DNA of 64,000 nucleotides, taken from positions 99,377-163,376 of the forward strand of contig CAXGSM010000001.1 in NCBI GenBank assembly GCA_964012435.1. The letters are read 5' to 3'. A program made the position numbers and the translations under genes. Below the pieces are notes generated by a model, which was not told where the DNA came from, searched no databases, and worked only from the letters and a program-made list of their open reading frames with translations. The DNA is from an uncultured bacterium. Its GTDB lineage: Bacteria; UBP7; UBA6624. Positions 1 to 9,996 of the stretch are shown piece after piece; positions within the stretch are counted from its first letter, which is position 1; each line of letters begins with the position of its first letter.

Positions 1-324
1 ATTACTTTTTTTCTTGATCAAGGTGTTGGCCTACAGGGAACTCCATCCTTGATAAAGGCTGAATATGGCAAAAGGTTTAATGTTTTAAGAGAGTTAAAAA
101 GTGATGAAGGTATTGTGGTTGTTCAGGACGATTTTGAAATATATTTTTTTGATTCTGATGAAAATTTGAATTTTGCCAATAGTCAATTAATGAATTGGGA
201 AAGCTTAAATGCTGTTTTTATACCATTGAAATTTTTTGATTTAGAAAGAAAAGTTCTTCTTCTGGGTTCAAACAAGGACCCTTTGGTTTTGTCTAAAAAA
301 ATAAAAGATTTAATCGAAAATTAA
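1..324 (+). CDS. Hypothetical protein, 3' part (frame open from window start)
   Basis: Frame 1 has no stop from base 1 to TAA at 322-324; no recognisable motif. Confidence 0.6.
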   Translation: MTFFLDQGVGLQGTPSLIKAEYGKRFNVLRELKSDEGIVVVQDDFEIYFFDSDENLNFANSQLMNWESLNAVFIPLKFFDLERKVLLLGSNKDPLVLSKKIKDLIEN

Positions 325-1362
325 TTTAGCAATTTTTTCACCAGATCTTAAACCTTTACTTTGAGGATCTTGTAGTTTATGTATTTTTTTCAGAGTTTTT
401 AGAACCGATAAGCAGCTTGCATCTTCTGAGAGGATTTCGGCTGCATGCTCCTGAGCATGCTCCTCAGCATTTGCAAATTGGTGATTGTCGTTTGTTTTTA
501 AAGGTATCAGTATTGATTTTTTCCCAAGTGCTTTTATCTCTGCGAGAGTGCATGCTCCTGCTCTGCAAATCACAATGTCAGAAGCGCACATCCATTCATC
601 TAAGCTATCTGTGAATTTGTTTACTTTATAGGGGATTTTTTGCTCGTCTAAAGATTTTTTTATTTCTTCTGAACCTGATCCGCATTGCCAAAAAATGAAA
701 ATTTGAGAAAATGTTTCATTTATCCCCTTTAGGGATCTTGTTATCATTTTGTTGATTTTTTGTGAACCTTGGCTTCCCCCCGTTACACATAGCACAAAAA
801 TATTCTCTTTTATATTGAGCTTTTTTCTGATTTCTGCTTTTTTAAATTGTTTGTATCTTTTATAAACTGGAACATTGACCCCTATTGCTTTTTTGCCAAA
901 ATATTTTTGAAGTTTTTTTGAACAGAATATTTTGTTTGCGATTTTTTTCAAAATTTTATTTGCCCAACCAGGCTTGGCATTAGGCTCTATTAGTATTATT
1001 TTTTTATTCATGATTTTTGCAGCTATCAAACCTGGGAAACTTGCATAGCCACCAGTTCCTATGACTATTCCAGGGTTGAAATCTCGAATTATCTTAAAAG
1101 CTTTTGTTAATGCTAAAAAATGAAAGAATGCACTTTTGAAATTTCTTCCTGATTTTAAATTTTGATTGATGTGTTTTATTTTCTTGCTTTTTAAAACAAT
1201 GGAATCTATTCTGTCTGTACCTAACCACAAAAGGTCATGATCCACATTTTCTAGAATTGCTAGAGCTGGTGTCACATGGCCTATTGTTCCGCCTCCGCAA
1301 ACAAGAACTTTTGTTTTGATTATTTTATGACCTCGTTTTTCCACACATAAAGAATTGAGCAT
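310..1362 (-). CDS. murG: Lipid I GlcNAc transferase MurG (true start uncertain, probably nearer 1330-1345)
   Basis: GGGTIGH, GTGGYAS, EPNAKPG, GGSQGS, RAGA and HQFANA motifs of GT28 MurG; adjacent to murJ. Confidence 0.93.
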   Translation of the reverse strand: MLNSLCVEKRGHKIIKTKVLVCGGGTIGHVTPALAILENVDHDLLWLGTDRIDSIVLKSKKIKHINQNLKSGRNFKSAFFHFLALTKAFKIIRDFNPGIVIGTGGYASFPGLIAAKIMNKKIILIEPNAKPGWANKILKKIANKIFCSKKLQKYFGKKAIGVNVPVYKRYKQFKKAEIRKKLNIKENIFVLCVTGGSQGSQKINKMITRSLKGINETFSQIFIFWQCGSGSEEIKKSLDEQKIPYKVNKFTDSLDEWMCASDIVICRAGACTLAEIKALGKKSILIPLKTNDNHQFANAEEHAQEHAAEILSEDASCLSVLKTLKKIHKLQDPQSKGLRSGEKIAKLIFD

Positions 1363-2804
1363 GCAGATATTGCAGCTTTTATCCAGTGTAAGGCATTTAA
1401 GGTATTAAGCCAAGAATTGTGTTCAAGTTGTTCAAAAAGAATGAATAAAAAGAAAATGCCAATAAGGTATTTTTTTGTTTTTTTGGAAATACTGAATATG
1501 TTTTTGTTTTTCATTTCGAATTCTTTTCTCAACAGAAGTACTCCAATTGAAACTGAGATCACAGAGGAAACAGGAACTGCAGAAAGTTTGTTTTCAAAAT
1601 TTCCATAGAAAAAAAATATAAGAAAAGCTATGCAACTTAAGAATTGTTTTAATTTGATTTTTATCAGTTTTTTATGTATATTTTTAGCATAACAAGCCTT
1701 TGTGAGTATTGATTCAGATATTACCAAAGGAAGAGATATTGCTAGTATTTTAAATATCGCAGCAACTTGAGCCGTATCATTATTCGTGAATTTTCCATAT
1801 TGAAAAAGAAGCTCTGTGAAGAATCTTGATTCAAAGAAAAAATATATTGTCATTGGGATTGCCAATACAAAACCTATTCTTAATGCTTTTTCCAGCTCTT
1901 TTGAAAAATTTGATTTTGAAATTATTGAAAGTTCTGGAAGTGAAGCTTGCGCAATGCATACACCAATAAGGGAATTTGGAACCTGTATTAGTCTTGTTGA
2001 ATAGTACAGCCATGATATAGACCCTGATCCCAATAAGGTTGCATAATATCGTGTTGCAATTAAAGTCAAGCTTGGGAAAATCCCTACCCCAACACCTTCA
2101 AGGTATTTTTTATCAAATTGTTGTTGATATTTGTTGTTCCAATTTATCTTAGGCCATCTTTTGCCAAGCCTAAATGCATAAAATTGAAAAACAACACCTA
2201 TCCACGCACCCCATCCTGCTCCCCATGTTAACGTTTCAATAGGGTCTTTTTTTAAAAAAAGAACACATGCAATTATTGATAAATTTAATATTATTGGGGT
2301 TAATGATGCAGCCAGCATTCTTCCCTGGCTTCTCAAGACACAGCTGGCCCATATACTGATCACTGCACCAGAAACATATCCCAAAAGTCCTTTTATAAGG
2401 CTTGAAAACATTTCAAGTTCAATATCTGACGGCTTGTAGGCAGTCAAAAAGGTTGCAATATTTTTAGAGAAGAGAGAAAGTATTACAAGTGTGGGAATTA
2501 GCATGAATACAATCTTTGTCAAAAGTGAGCCGCTTGCAGATTGGTGTTTTTCTTTGTCATTAGCGATTTTTGACATGACTGGAATTGATATCGATTCCAA
2601 TGGGGTTTCAACCAAAGCTGTTTTTAATGAAGTTAATATTTGAAAGCTTAATGCCCAAGCATCCATTACCGAATCGCTTCCAAGTTTTAAAGCTAAAAGA
2701 AGATCCCTTGCGTATCCTGTTGCTTTACTAAATGATATTCCTAAAAAATTTTTAAAGGCTCTTATTTCTAATTTTTTTTTCAAGCTAGTCTCTTCGTAAG
2801 GCAA
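1320..2804 (-). CDS. murJ: Lipid II flippase MurJ/MviN (divergent)
   Basis: Polytopic membrane protein with GYARD, G-S-ISWLYY-RL-Q-P and LFQYGKF segments typical of MviN. Confidence 0.88.
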   Translation of the reverse strand: MPYEETSLKKKLEIRAFKNFLGISFSKATGYARDLLLALKLGSDSVMDAWALSFQILTSLKTALVETPLESISIPVMSKIANDKEKHQSASGSLLTKIVFMLIPTLVILSLFSKNIATFLTAYKPSDIELEMFSSLIKGLLGYVSGAVISIWASCVLRSQGRMLAASLTPIILNLSIIACVLFLKKDPIETLTWGAGWGAWIGVVFQFYAFRLGKRWPKINWNNKYQQQFDKKYLEGVGVGIFPSLTLIATRYYATLLGSGSISWLYYSTRLIQVPNSLIGVCIAQASLPELSIISKSNFSKELEKALRIGFVLAIPMTIYFFFESRFFTELLFQYGKFTNNDTAQVAAIFKILAISLPLVISESILTKACYAKNIHKKLIKIKLKQFLSCIAFLIFFFYGNFENKLSAVPVSSVISVSIGVLLLRKEFEMKNKNIFSISKKTKKYLIGIFFLFILFEQLEHNSWLNTLNALHWIKAAISACSILYVWKNEVIK

Positions 2805-4011
2805 CGATCGGATCTAGCTTAGAAGCTTGATTTGCTGGAATCAAGCCAAACACTAAACCTATAGCCATTGAAACTGATGCCGATATGATGAAAACTTGAA
2901 CATTGAATATTGGCTCTCCTGGAAAGTCAGGTATTCGGCCTATGCCACTTATTGCACCATAGCCAAGAAGCATCCCTAAAAGACCACCCATAAAAGCTAG
3001 AGATATTGATTCAATTAAGAATTGAATTTGTATATCCCTGTTGAGTGCACCTAGAGCTTTTCTGAGCCCGATTTCACTTGTTCTTTCAGCGACAGTGACT
3101 AGCATGATGTTCATTATCCCAATACCGCCTATCAGCAATGATATGCTTCCAATTGCAAGAAGAAACATATTGAAACCATTTATGAAACCACTGACTGTAG
3201 TGACTATTTCTCCTGAATTAAATATTCCAAAATCATTTCCTTCAGAAAATTTTATATTATGCCTTTTTCTTAACAGCTCAGTGATTTCTTGTTCTGTAAG
3301 AGCTATGTCTTTTAATGATTTAGCTTCTACATTTATTGTGCTTACACCTTTTCCTCCTGAAAAAAAGGATTTTGCTGTTGTTATTGGTATCAAGGATATT
3401 TCATCAGCACTTGAGAAACCGTCATCACCCCTTCCTCCTCCTTCTTTTGCGCTAAGAACACCAATGACTTCAAAAGATACACCCCCAAGGATAATTTTTT
3501 CACCTATTGGATCTTGTCCAGGCAGTAGTTTTTTCCATAATCCAGGCCCTATAACAGTGACTCTCTTTTTGCCTTCTATGTCTAGTGGTGATAAAAATCT
3601 GCCTTTATCTATCTCATAAGATCTTACTGATGAATATGCTGGCGTTACCCCTCTGACATCAACATTTAAATTTCTATTACCTACTCTTGCAATTTCTCGA
3701 GCCCCAACTTCAGGTGCTGCAAAGTTCACATGAGGAAGTTTTTCTATTTCTTCAGCATCCTCTATAGTCAGGGGTTGTACTTTTTTTCTAGTTTCAATTG
3801 AACTGTCGTAATCTCTTCCAGGCCATACAACTAAAAGATTAGTTCCGAGTCCAGCCATGCTGTCTTCAAAGTTTTTTTTAAAACCTTCACCTACACCTGT
3901 AACTATGACAACAGAGGCAACACCAAAGGTGATACCTATCAATGTAAGAATAGATCTAAGTGGCTTTGAGAAAATTGCCCGCATTGCAAATTTTAAATTT
4001 TCAACAATCAT
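2785..4011 (-). CDS. MacB/FtsX-family ABC transporter permease
   Basis: LRSILTLIGI..GV, GGIGIMNIMLVTVAERTSEIGLRKALGA and PA..ASKLDPI.ALR signatures. Confidence 0.95.
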   Translation of the reverse strand: MIVENLKFAMRAIFSKPLRSILTLIGITFGVASVVIVTGVGEGFKKNFEDSMAGLGTNLLVVWPGRDYDSSIETRKKVQPLTIEDAEEIEKLPHVNFAAPEVGAREIARVGNRNLNVDVRGVTPAYSSVRSYEIDKGRFLSPLDIEGKKRVTVIGPGLWKKLLPGQDPIGEKIILGGVSFEVIGVLSAKEGGGRGDDGFSSADEISLIPITTAKSFFSGGKGVSTINVEAKSLKDIALTEQEITELLRKRHNIKFSEGNDFGIFNSGEIVTTVSGFINGFNMFLLAIGSISLLIGGIGIMNIMLVTVAERTSEIGLRKALGALNRDIQIQFLIESISLAFMGGLLGMLLGYGAISGIGRIPDFPGEPIFNVQVFIISASVSMAIGLVFGLIPANQASKLDPIVALRRD

Positions 4012-4676
4012 TTAACAATATTTCCATCTAAAATTTTTATTGTTTTGTCAGTTCTTTTTGAGATATCGGGATCATGAGTGACAAGAATAACAGTAATGCC
4101 TCTTTGTTTTTGCTCTTCCAGTATTTTTAATATCTCTTCGCCTGTTTTGCTGTCAAGGTTTCCTGTCGGTTCATCGGCGAGTATTATCTCTGGATCATTA
4201 ACTAAAGATCTAGCTATTGCAACTCTTTGCATTTGTCCACCAGACAATTCATTGCTCTTGTGGTTTGCCCATCTTTTAAGTCCTACTAATTCTAAATATT
4301 TCATCGCTCTTTCTTTTTTTTGTTTATTGTTTTTTCTTGAATACGCAAGAGGCAATGAAACGTTTTCCCATGCTGTAGTTCCTTGGAGCAGATGAAAACT
4401 TTGAAAAACAAAGCCAATTTTTTGATTTCTCAAAATAGCTAATTTATTGCTATTGTGTTTGCTTATGTTTTCCCCATCTAAAAGATATTTTCCTTTTGTT
4501 GGCTTATCCAAAAGGCCTATTATGTGCATTAAGGTGCTTTTTCCAGAGCCTGAAGGTCCTATGATTGAAAGGCTCTCGCCTTTTTCTATTTTTAAATCAA
4601 CTCCCCTTAGAGCCTCAAAGGATATTTTTCCTGTTTTGTAAGTTTTTGATATTTCCTTAAGTTCAATTAGGGACAT
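4008..4676 (-). CDS. MacB/LolD-type ABC ATP-binding protein
   Basis: Walker A GPSGSGKST, LSGGQ, ILADEPTGNLD, VTHD. Confidence 0.96.
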   Translation of the reverse strand: MSLIELKEISKTYKTGKISFEALRGVDLKIEKGESLSIIGPSGSGKSTLMHIIGLLDKPTKGKYLLDGENISKHNSNKLAILRNQKIGFVFQSFHLLQGTTAWENVSLPLAYSRKNNKQKKERAMKYLELVGLKRWANHKSNELSGGQMQRVAIARSLVNDPEIILADEPTGNLDSKTGEEILKILEEQKQRGITVILVTHDPDISKRTDKTIKILDGNIVK

Positions 4677-4681
4677 TGTTT

Positions 4682-5827
4682 TTAGCGTCCAGGTCTTCCG
4701 CTTCTTCTTCCTGATCCAACCATTTTCATTTCCAAATCTGCAGGAGGCCTGTTGACAACTTCATCACCAATCGACAAGCCAGATAAAATTTCAACATTTT
4801 TATCACCAACCTTTCCTACAGTAATGGATATTCTTTCAGGGTCACCCTCTTCGTTGTATTTCCAAACAAAGGTTTTAGCTCCTTCAAATATTAATGCAGT
4901 GTCTGGAAGCCCAATTGCTTCAAGGGATGAAACTACAAATCTTGCCTCTCCGGTCATTTTCGGAAGAAGTTTTTTTTCTGAATTATCTATTCTGACTTCT
5001 ATCTCATAGTTAATTATGCCGCCAGATTGAATACCCATGGGATAAACCCTGTAAAGAAAACCATTAAAATTTGAATCCGATTGACTTTGAACCTGTATGC
5101 TGCATTTCATATCTTCCTTAACACTACTAACTTCAGTCTCGTCTACAAGTCCTAAAAATTTCATTGTCTTCATATTTCCTATTACTAGTAGGCTTGTACC
5201 ACCACCCATACCTCCTGTTGCAGAAGACACAGCAGATCCTTCTTCTATGAGAAGGTTAAGCACAGTCCCATCCGCTGGAGCATATATTGTTGCATTGTTA
5301 AGTTCCTCTTGAGCTTCATTGACTCTTTCAAGAACTTCTTGTAGGTTTGCTTCTTGAATTTTTAGAGTTAGCTCCGCTCTTTTAAACCTTTCTTGAGCCT
5401 GAAGAAGTTCTTCTGCGGTTCCAAAACCTTTATCAACTAATTCTTCTGTTCTTGACATATTTCTTCTTGCTGATTCCAGTTCTAATTTTGATGATTCCAA
5501 ACTCGCTTCTGACGAGGTCTTTGTTGCTAGAGCTTGATTCAATCTTGAATTTAAAAGCTTTTGGTCAAGCCTTATAAGCTCTTGGCCTTTTACAACATTA
5601 TCTCCTTTTTCAACAAGAACTTCTGAAACAAGTCCGGAGGCTTCACTTTTTACCTCAACTTGAACAAGTGGCTCTATTGAGCCATATGCAACAACTGTCC
5701 TTTCAAGAGAAATATTTTCAACAGATATTCTTTCCAATGTAGAAAAATCGAATTTTTCTCCCTTTTCCCATGGGCTTGAGCATGAGGATAAGGCCAAAAT
5801 GAAAATAATAAATAATTTGTTTTTCAT
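4682..5827 (-). CDS. MacA-like periplasmic adaptor (membrane fusion protein), probable lipoprotein
   Basis: Lipoyl halves (VEKGDNVVKGQEL; IYAPADGTV) around an alpha-hairpin; LALSSC lipobox after ATG at 5827. Confidence 0.92.
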   Translation of the reverse strand: MKNKLFIIFILALSSCSSPWEKGEKFDFSTLERISVENISLERTVVAYGSIEPLVQVEVKSEASGLVSEVLVEKGDNVVKGQELIRLDQKLLNSRLNQALATKTSSEASLESSKLELESARRNMSRTEELVDKGFGTAEELLQAQERFKRAELTLKIQEANLQEVLERVNEAQEELNNATIYAPADGTVLNLLIEEGSAVSSATGGMGGGTSLLVIGNMKTMKFLGLVDETEVSSVKEDMKCSIQVQSQSDSNFNGFLYRVYPMGIQSGGIINYEIEVRIDNSEKKLLPKMTGEARFVVSSLEAIGLPDTALIFEGAKTFVWKYNEEGDPERISITVGKVGDKNVEILSGLSIGDEVVNRPPADLEMKMVGSGRRSGRPGR

Positions 5828-5828
5828 T

Positions 5829-6185
5829 TTAGGGAACAATAATTTTTCTTTCTCCACCCTCTTTCATGCCTTCCTCTATGCTTTTATTTACTTTTTGCAT
5901 GAGCTTCTCAAAGTTCATTTGAGCAGCAATGAATTGTTGGTAGATTGGCTTAGCTTCAACTTTCATTTGAACAGCTTCCATTTTTTTCTTTAATTCTTCT
6001 GGGATTTCAGTACCCCTAGACCTCATTCCAACAGCTTGATCTTGAAGAGCTTGCATTTGCCCCAGCAAAGCTTTTAAGTCTTCATCTTTCGACAATGACT
6101 CCTGTGCTCTTCTAATACTTTTTGCTTCTTCAGATTGACCCAAGTTTACACCTAGGTTTTTTGCTTTTTCAAAAATCATATCCAT
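5829..6185 (-). CDS. YlbF/YmcA-family regulator
   Basis: IFEKAKNLG..L.QSEE N-terminus, all-helical, F.AAQ.NF..LMQ.VN..I C-terminus; start placed at ATG 6185. Confidence 0.75.
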   Translation of the reverse strand: MDMIFEKAKNLGVNLGQSEEAKSIRRAQESLSKDEDLKALLGQMQALQDQAVGMRSRGTEIPEELKKKMEAVQMKVEAKPIYQQFIAAQMNFEKLMQKVNKSIEEGMKEGGERKIIVP

Positions 6186-6220
6186 AATTTGTTTATCATA
6201 ATCTCTATTAGGATAAAAAC

Positions 6221-7627
6221 ATGTCAACTGATATTAGATTTGGAACTGATGGATGGAGAGCTGAAATAGGTTTTGGCTTTAATGAGGATAATTTAAAAAG
6301 ATTAATGCATTCAGTTGGCAAGAGAGTCAATGACATGGTTGACGGAAGGGCTCATGTTTGTGTTGGTTACGATACTCGTTTTCAGGCTAAAGAGTTTGCT
6401 TCAACTGCTGTTGAGTGTTTAATTTCAGAAGGATGCCATGCTCTGCTGTCTCAAAATTTTTGCCCTACTCCTAGTCTGTCATTAGGGGTTATAAAAACTG
6501 AAGCAGATTTAGGTGTTCAGATTACAGCGAGTCATAATCCACACACTTACCTGGGAGTTAAGCTAAAAGGCTCTAATGGAGGGCCCTTGAAGGCAGGCAT
6601 AATTTCTCAAATAGAGTTAGAAATCGAGTCAGAGGTTTTTGAAAATCCAGAAAAAAGATTAAGGCCCCATGTTCCAAAAGACTTTAATCAGATATACAGA
6701 GAGACAATAGAAAATTTAATTGATTTTGATTTTTTAAAAAAAGATAAAAAAAACATTTATGTTGATTTTATGCATGGAGCTCAGATGGATTTATTTAAAA
6801 ATATTTTTATAAATTCAGGCAACATGAATATTTTCTATCTTAGAGATTCGCGAGATTCAACTTTTGGTAACATGACACCAGAGCCAATTCCATCAAATTT
6901 AAAAATATTATCAGATTCTGTTCTCTCTTCAAGAAAAGAGTCAATCGGTTTAGCTTTTGATGGTGATGGAGACCGGTTTGCTTTTTGCGATGAAAGAGGC
7001 GAAGTTTTGTGGCCGCAGGAAACATTTGCAATCATTGCTGACATCCTCATGCAGGAAGAAAAAGGCAATATAGCAAAAAGCCTTCCCACATCTGTTTGGT
7101 TAAACAGATTAGCGAAAAAGCATAAAGTTGATATTTATGAAACTCCTGTTGGTTTCAAGTATCTTTCTGATTATCTTGATACAGGAAAAGCTTTAGTCGC
7201 TGGAGAGGAATCAGGAGGTGTTGGTTTTAGTTTTCATATACCTGAAAGAGATGGTCTTCTTGCCTCTTTAAAGATAATTGAATACCTAGCCAAGAGAAAG
7301 AAAACATTAAGGTCCTTAAGGAAGGATCTAAGAGCAAATTATGGTGATTTTCATTATGAAAGAAAAGACATGAAGGTCAGTGATTCTGTTGTTGACAATG
7401 TAAAGAAAGACCCTGAACGATACCTCTCTAAACTCTCGAAAGAATTTGGTGTTTCAAAAAATAAAATAAATACTTCAGATGGTATTAAGTTAAATTTGAA
7501 GGATGATAACTGGGTCATGGCAAGGGCAAGCGGAACTGAGCCCGTCTTGAGGCTTTATTGCGAATCTGATAAAAAAGATAGCATGTCTTCGATTTTTTCA
7601 AGTTTAGAAAAAGTTTTATTTGAATAG
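6221..7627 (+). CDS. Phosphoglucomutase/phosphomannomutase family protein
   Basis: FGTDGWR, ITASHNP, FDGDGDR, GEESGG, RASGTEP. Confidence 0.96.
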   Translation: MSTDIRFGTDGWRAEIGFGFNEDNLKRLMHSVGKRVNDMVDGRAHVCVGYDTRFQAKEFASTAVECLISEGCHALLSQNFCPTPSLSLGVIKTEADLGVQITASHNPHTYLGVKLKGSNGGPLKAGIISQIELEIESEVFENPEKRLRPHVPKDFNQIYRETIENLIDFDFLKKDKKNIYVDFMHGAQMDLFKNIFINSGNMNIFYLRDSRDSTFGNMTPEPIPSNLKILSDSVLSSRKESIGLAFDGDGDRFAFCDERGEVLWPQETFAIIADILMQEEKGNIAKSLPTSVWLNRLAKKHKVDIYETPVGFKYLSDYLDTGKALVAGEESGGVGFSFHIPERDGLLASLKIIEYLAKRKKTLRSLRKDLRANYGDFHYERKDMKVSDSVVDNVKKDPERYLSKLSKEFGVSKNKINTSDGIKLNLKDDNWVMARASGTEPVLRLYCESDKKDSMSSIFSSLEKVLFE

Positions 7628-8296
7628 CTTTGTTGCTTCTACTTCGTGCCATTTTTTAAAATTATCATTGATGCTTGAAAAGATCCAAAAAAGATTTTCT
7701 TTTGTGATTTTTATTATGTTAGAAGAGCTTTTAGGCATGTAGTTATTCTCAAGACTGCTTAATTCAAGGTTTTTTTTCATTCTTGCAATAAAGTTTGAAG
7801 ATGTCAGCCCCAAGCATTTTTTGGACATTGTTTTTATTCTTTTTGATTCCTGGTCGTTGATGAAACTGTTTGAAAGAAAATAGCTTCCCTCGCTAAGGCG
7901 TTGAGGGCTGTCGGCTATGTTATTTGTGTAAAAAACGTGTTCCAGGTTTCCAAAAATTAAATTAAATCCCCCATATACGTTTTCCTTTGTTTCTTCTTTG
8001 AGAAAGCTTAAACAGCTCGTGATGTTTTTCTTTGCAAGAATTTCTAAAACTAATTTTCCTCTAGAATGAATTTTTGATTTGTTCGATTTCCTGTTTGTCA
8101 CAAGGCAAAAAATTTTATTTTCATTTAGGCCAAGCCAGGTGCCACCTTTAAGATTATCTACGCCAGCTATTATTTTTGTATCCTTGTATGTAAAGAAACC
8201 AGGATCCTTAAAACTTCTTGAGACAAGCTCTTCTCTGTTGAATGCTATTGATATTGAGTCATCTAAGCTTTTTATGAATATTGCTGATATGCACAT
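7616..8296 (-). CDS. NRDE/TANGO2-family protein
   Basis: N-terminal MC, NREE (NRDE variant), GGTWLGLN, SRG.LV, GFNLI, LSN. Confidence 0.88.
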   Translation of the reverse strand: MCISAIFIKSLDDSISIAFNREELVSRSFKDPGFFTYKDTKIIAGVDNLKGGTWLGLNENKIFCLVTNRKSNKSKIHSRGKLVLEILAKKNITSCLSFLKEETKENVYGGFNLIFGNLEHVFYTNNIADSPQRLSEGSYFLSNSFINDQESKRIKTMSKKCLGLTSSNFIARMKKNLELSSLENNYMPKSSSNIIKITKENLFWIFSSINDNFKKWHEVEATKLFK

Positions 8297-8298
8297 TT

Positions 8299-9996
8299 TT
8301 ACAGCTCATTCCAACCTGGGACACCTTCCTGAGAGATATTATTGATTTTTTTATTTATTTGATTAATTTTTTCTAGTCTGTCTTTTTTGGCTGACATTGA
8401 GATCACCCTTCTCTCTTCTTTTAGGTTTTTTAGAATTATTGTCTTGATCACCTCTTCAACATCCTCTAAAGTTGCTTCTCTTTCGGATATTAGGGATTCT
8501 GCTATAAAAGATCTTTCCTCACCTTCGAACTGTTCCATGATTGATTTTGGCTCTGCTGAGTTGGTTGTGTTCATGACGAAATATATGTTCTTTATTTTTT
8601 TGCTTTCAAATTCATTAATTTTGTATTTTTTAAAAATTCCAGAGATTATTTTCCATTTTGTTGGATTTTTGAAAAGGTATCTAAAAAGCTCCTCTTCCTC
8701 TATAAGAAATTTATTTTTAGTTGTTTTTTGATTGTTTTCATTTTTGATGCTAGATGTTTCTAATTCTGTTGTTACGAGATGTTTCGGCAACATGAATTTT
8801 TGTGAGATTCTGTCTATTATTTGTTGTTTTGAAACTGATTGATCCATATCTTTTATTAATGGTTTTATTTTTTCGATTGCTCGCTGTTTTGAGATTTCAG
8901 TTTTTAGGTTGTTTTCTTCTTGTATTATTTGGTTTAAGTAAAATTCCAATGCATCTTGTTTTGCTGCCGATTCCCATCCCTTTTTGCCCTCCTCTTTAAG
9001 CCACTCATCAGGATCTTTTTTTTCTGGAGGTATTACTATGAGCGGTTCTATTCCAGCTTTCAGGAATCTACCAATTGCTTTACTTGCGGCAATTAGCCCT
9101 TTGTCGTCTCCATCCATGACAACTATGGCTTTGTCTTTAACTCGTTTTACCATATATGCATGATCTTCAGAAAATGCTGTTCCCATTGATGCAACAGCAC
9201 CTTTTATTCCTTCTTTTTCAAACCTTAAGACATCAGATTGACCTTCACACAATATCAGTGGCCCTTTGCTCTTTTTAGCATTGTCCCAGTTGTATAAAAG
9301 TTGACTTTTTTTAAATATTTCAGATTCCATTGAATTTTTATATTTTGCTATTTTTTTATTTTTGTCACTCAAAACCCTTGCAGAAAAGCCACGTATCCTG
9401 CCAATATTATCTCTTATTGGGAAGGATATTCTTCCAGCAAGTGGCTCCCAGTTGTTTTTTGCTTTTGAGATTAGTCCAATTTCCAAGAAGATCTCTCTTT
9501 CCAGATTTGTTTTCTTCAGAATGTAACTTTTTAGCAATTGACCTTGTGGCGGAAAGACTCCAATTCCATATTCTTTGCACCATTGTTGATCAAAACCTCT
9601 TTCATTCATGTATTTCCTAAATGGTTTTCCATAATCTGATTCTTGAAATATTTTCACCAACCAACTATTTAAGTTTTCCAGAATTTCAAAATATGGTTTT
9701 TTTGACTTTTCTCTTCTTCCTGTTAGTTGAATATTATGCTTGTCAGCTAGATAATGCAAAGCTTCACTAAAGTCAAGATTTAGCTTTTCTTGTACAAATT
9801 TAAATATATCACCAGAAGCGCCACATGCAAAACAGTTATACAAGCCTTTATCTTCACTTACTGATAAGGACGGGTTTTTGTCATTGTGAAATGGACATAA
9901 GCCAGTCCAGCTAGAGCCTGTTTTTTTTAACTTGGTATATTCACTTATTGTGTCAACAATAGAAACTTCATTACGAATTTTTTCTACATCGTCCAT
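8299..9996 (-). CDS. dnaG: DNA primase
   Basis: CPFH..CFAC zinc finger, KY.NS, EG..D and DGD Toprim motifs, KDPDE. Confidence 0.98.
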   Translation of the reverse strand: MDDVEKIRNEVSIVDTISEYTKLKKTGSSWTGLCPFHNDKNPSLSVSEDKGLYNCFACGASGDIFKFVQEKLNLDFSEALHYLADKHNIQLTGRREKSKKPYFEILENLNSWLVKIFQESDYGKPFRKYMNERGFDQQWCKEYGIGVFPPQGQLLKSYILKKTNLEREIFLEIGLISKAKNNWEPLAGRISFPIRDNIGRIRGFSARVLSDKNKKIAKYKNSMESEIFKKSQLLYNWDNAKKSKGPLILCEGQSDVLRFEKEGIKGAVASMGTAFSEDHAYMVKRVKDKAIVVMDGDDKGLIAASKAIGRFLKAGIEPLIVIPPEKKDPDEWLKEEGKKGWESAAKQDALEFYLNQIIQEENNLKTEISKQRAIEKIKPLIKDMDQSVSKQQIIDRISQKFMLPKHLVTTELETSSIKNENNQKTTKNKFLIEEEELFRYLFKNPTKWKIISGIFKKYKINEFESKKIKNIYFVMNTTNSAEPKSIMEQFEGEERSFIAESLISEREATLEDVEEVIKTIILKNLKEERRVISMSAKKDRLEKINQINKKINNISQEGVPGWNEL

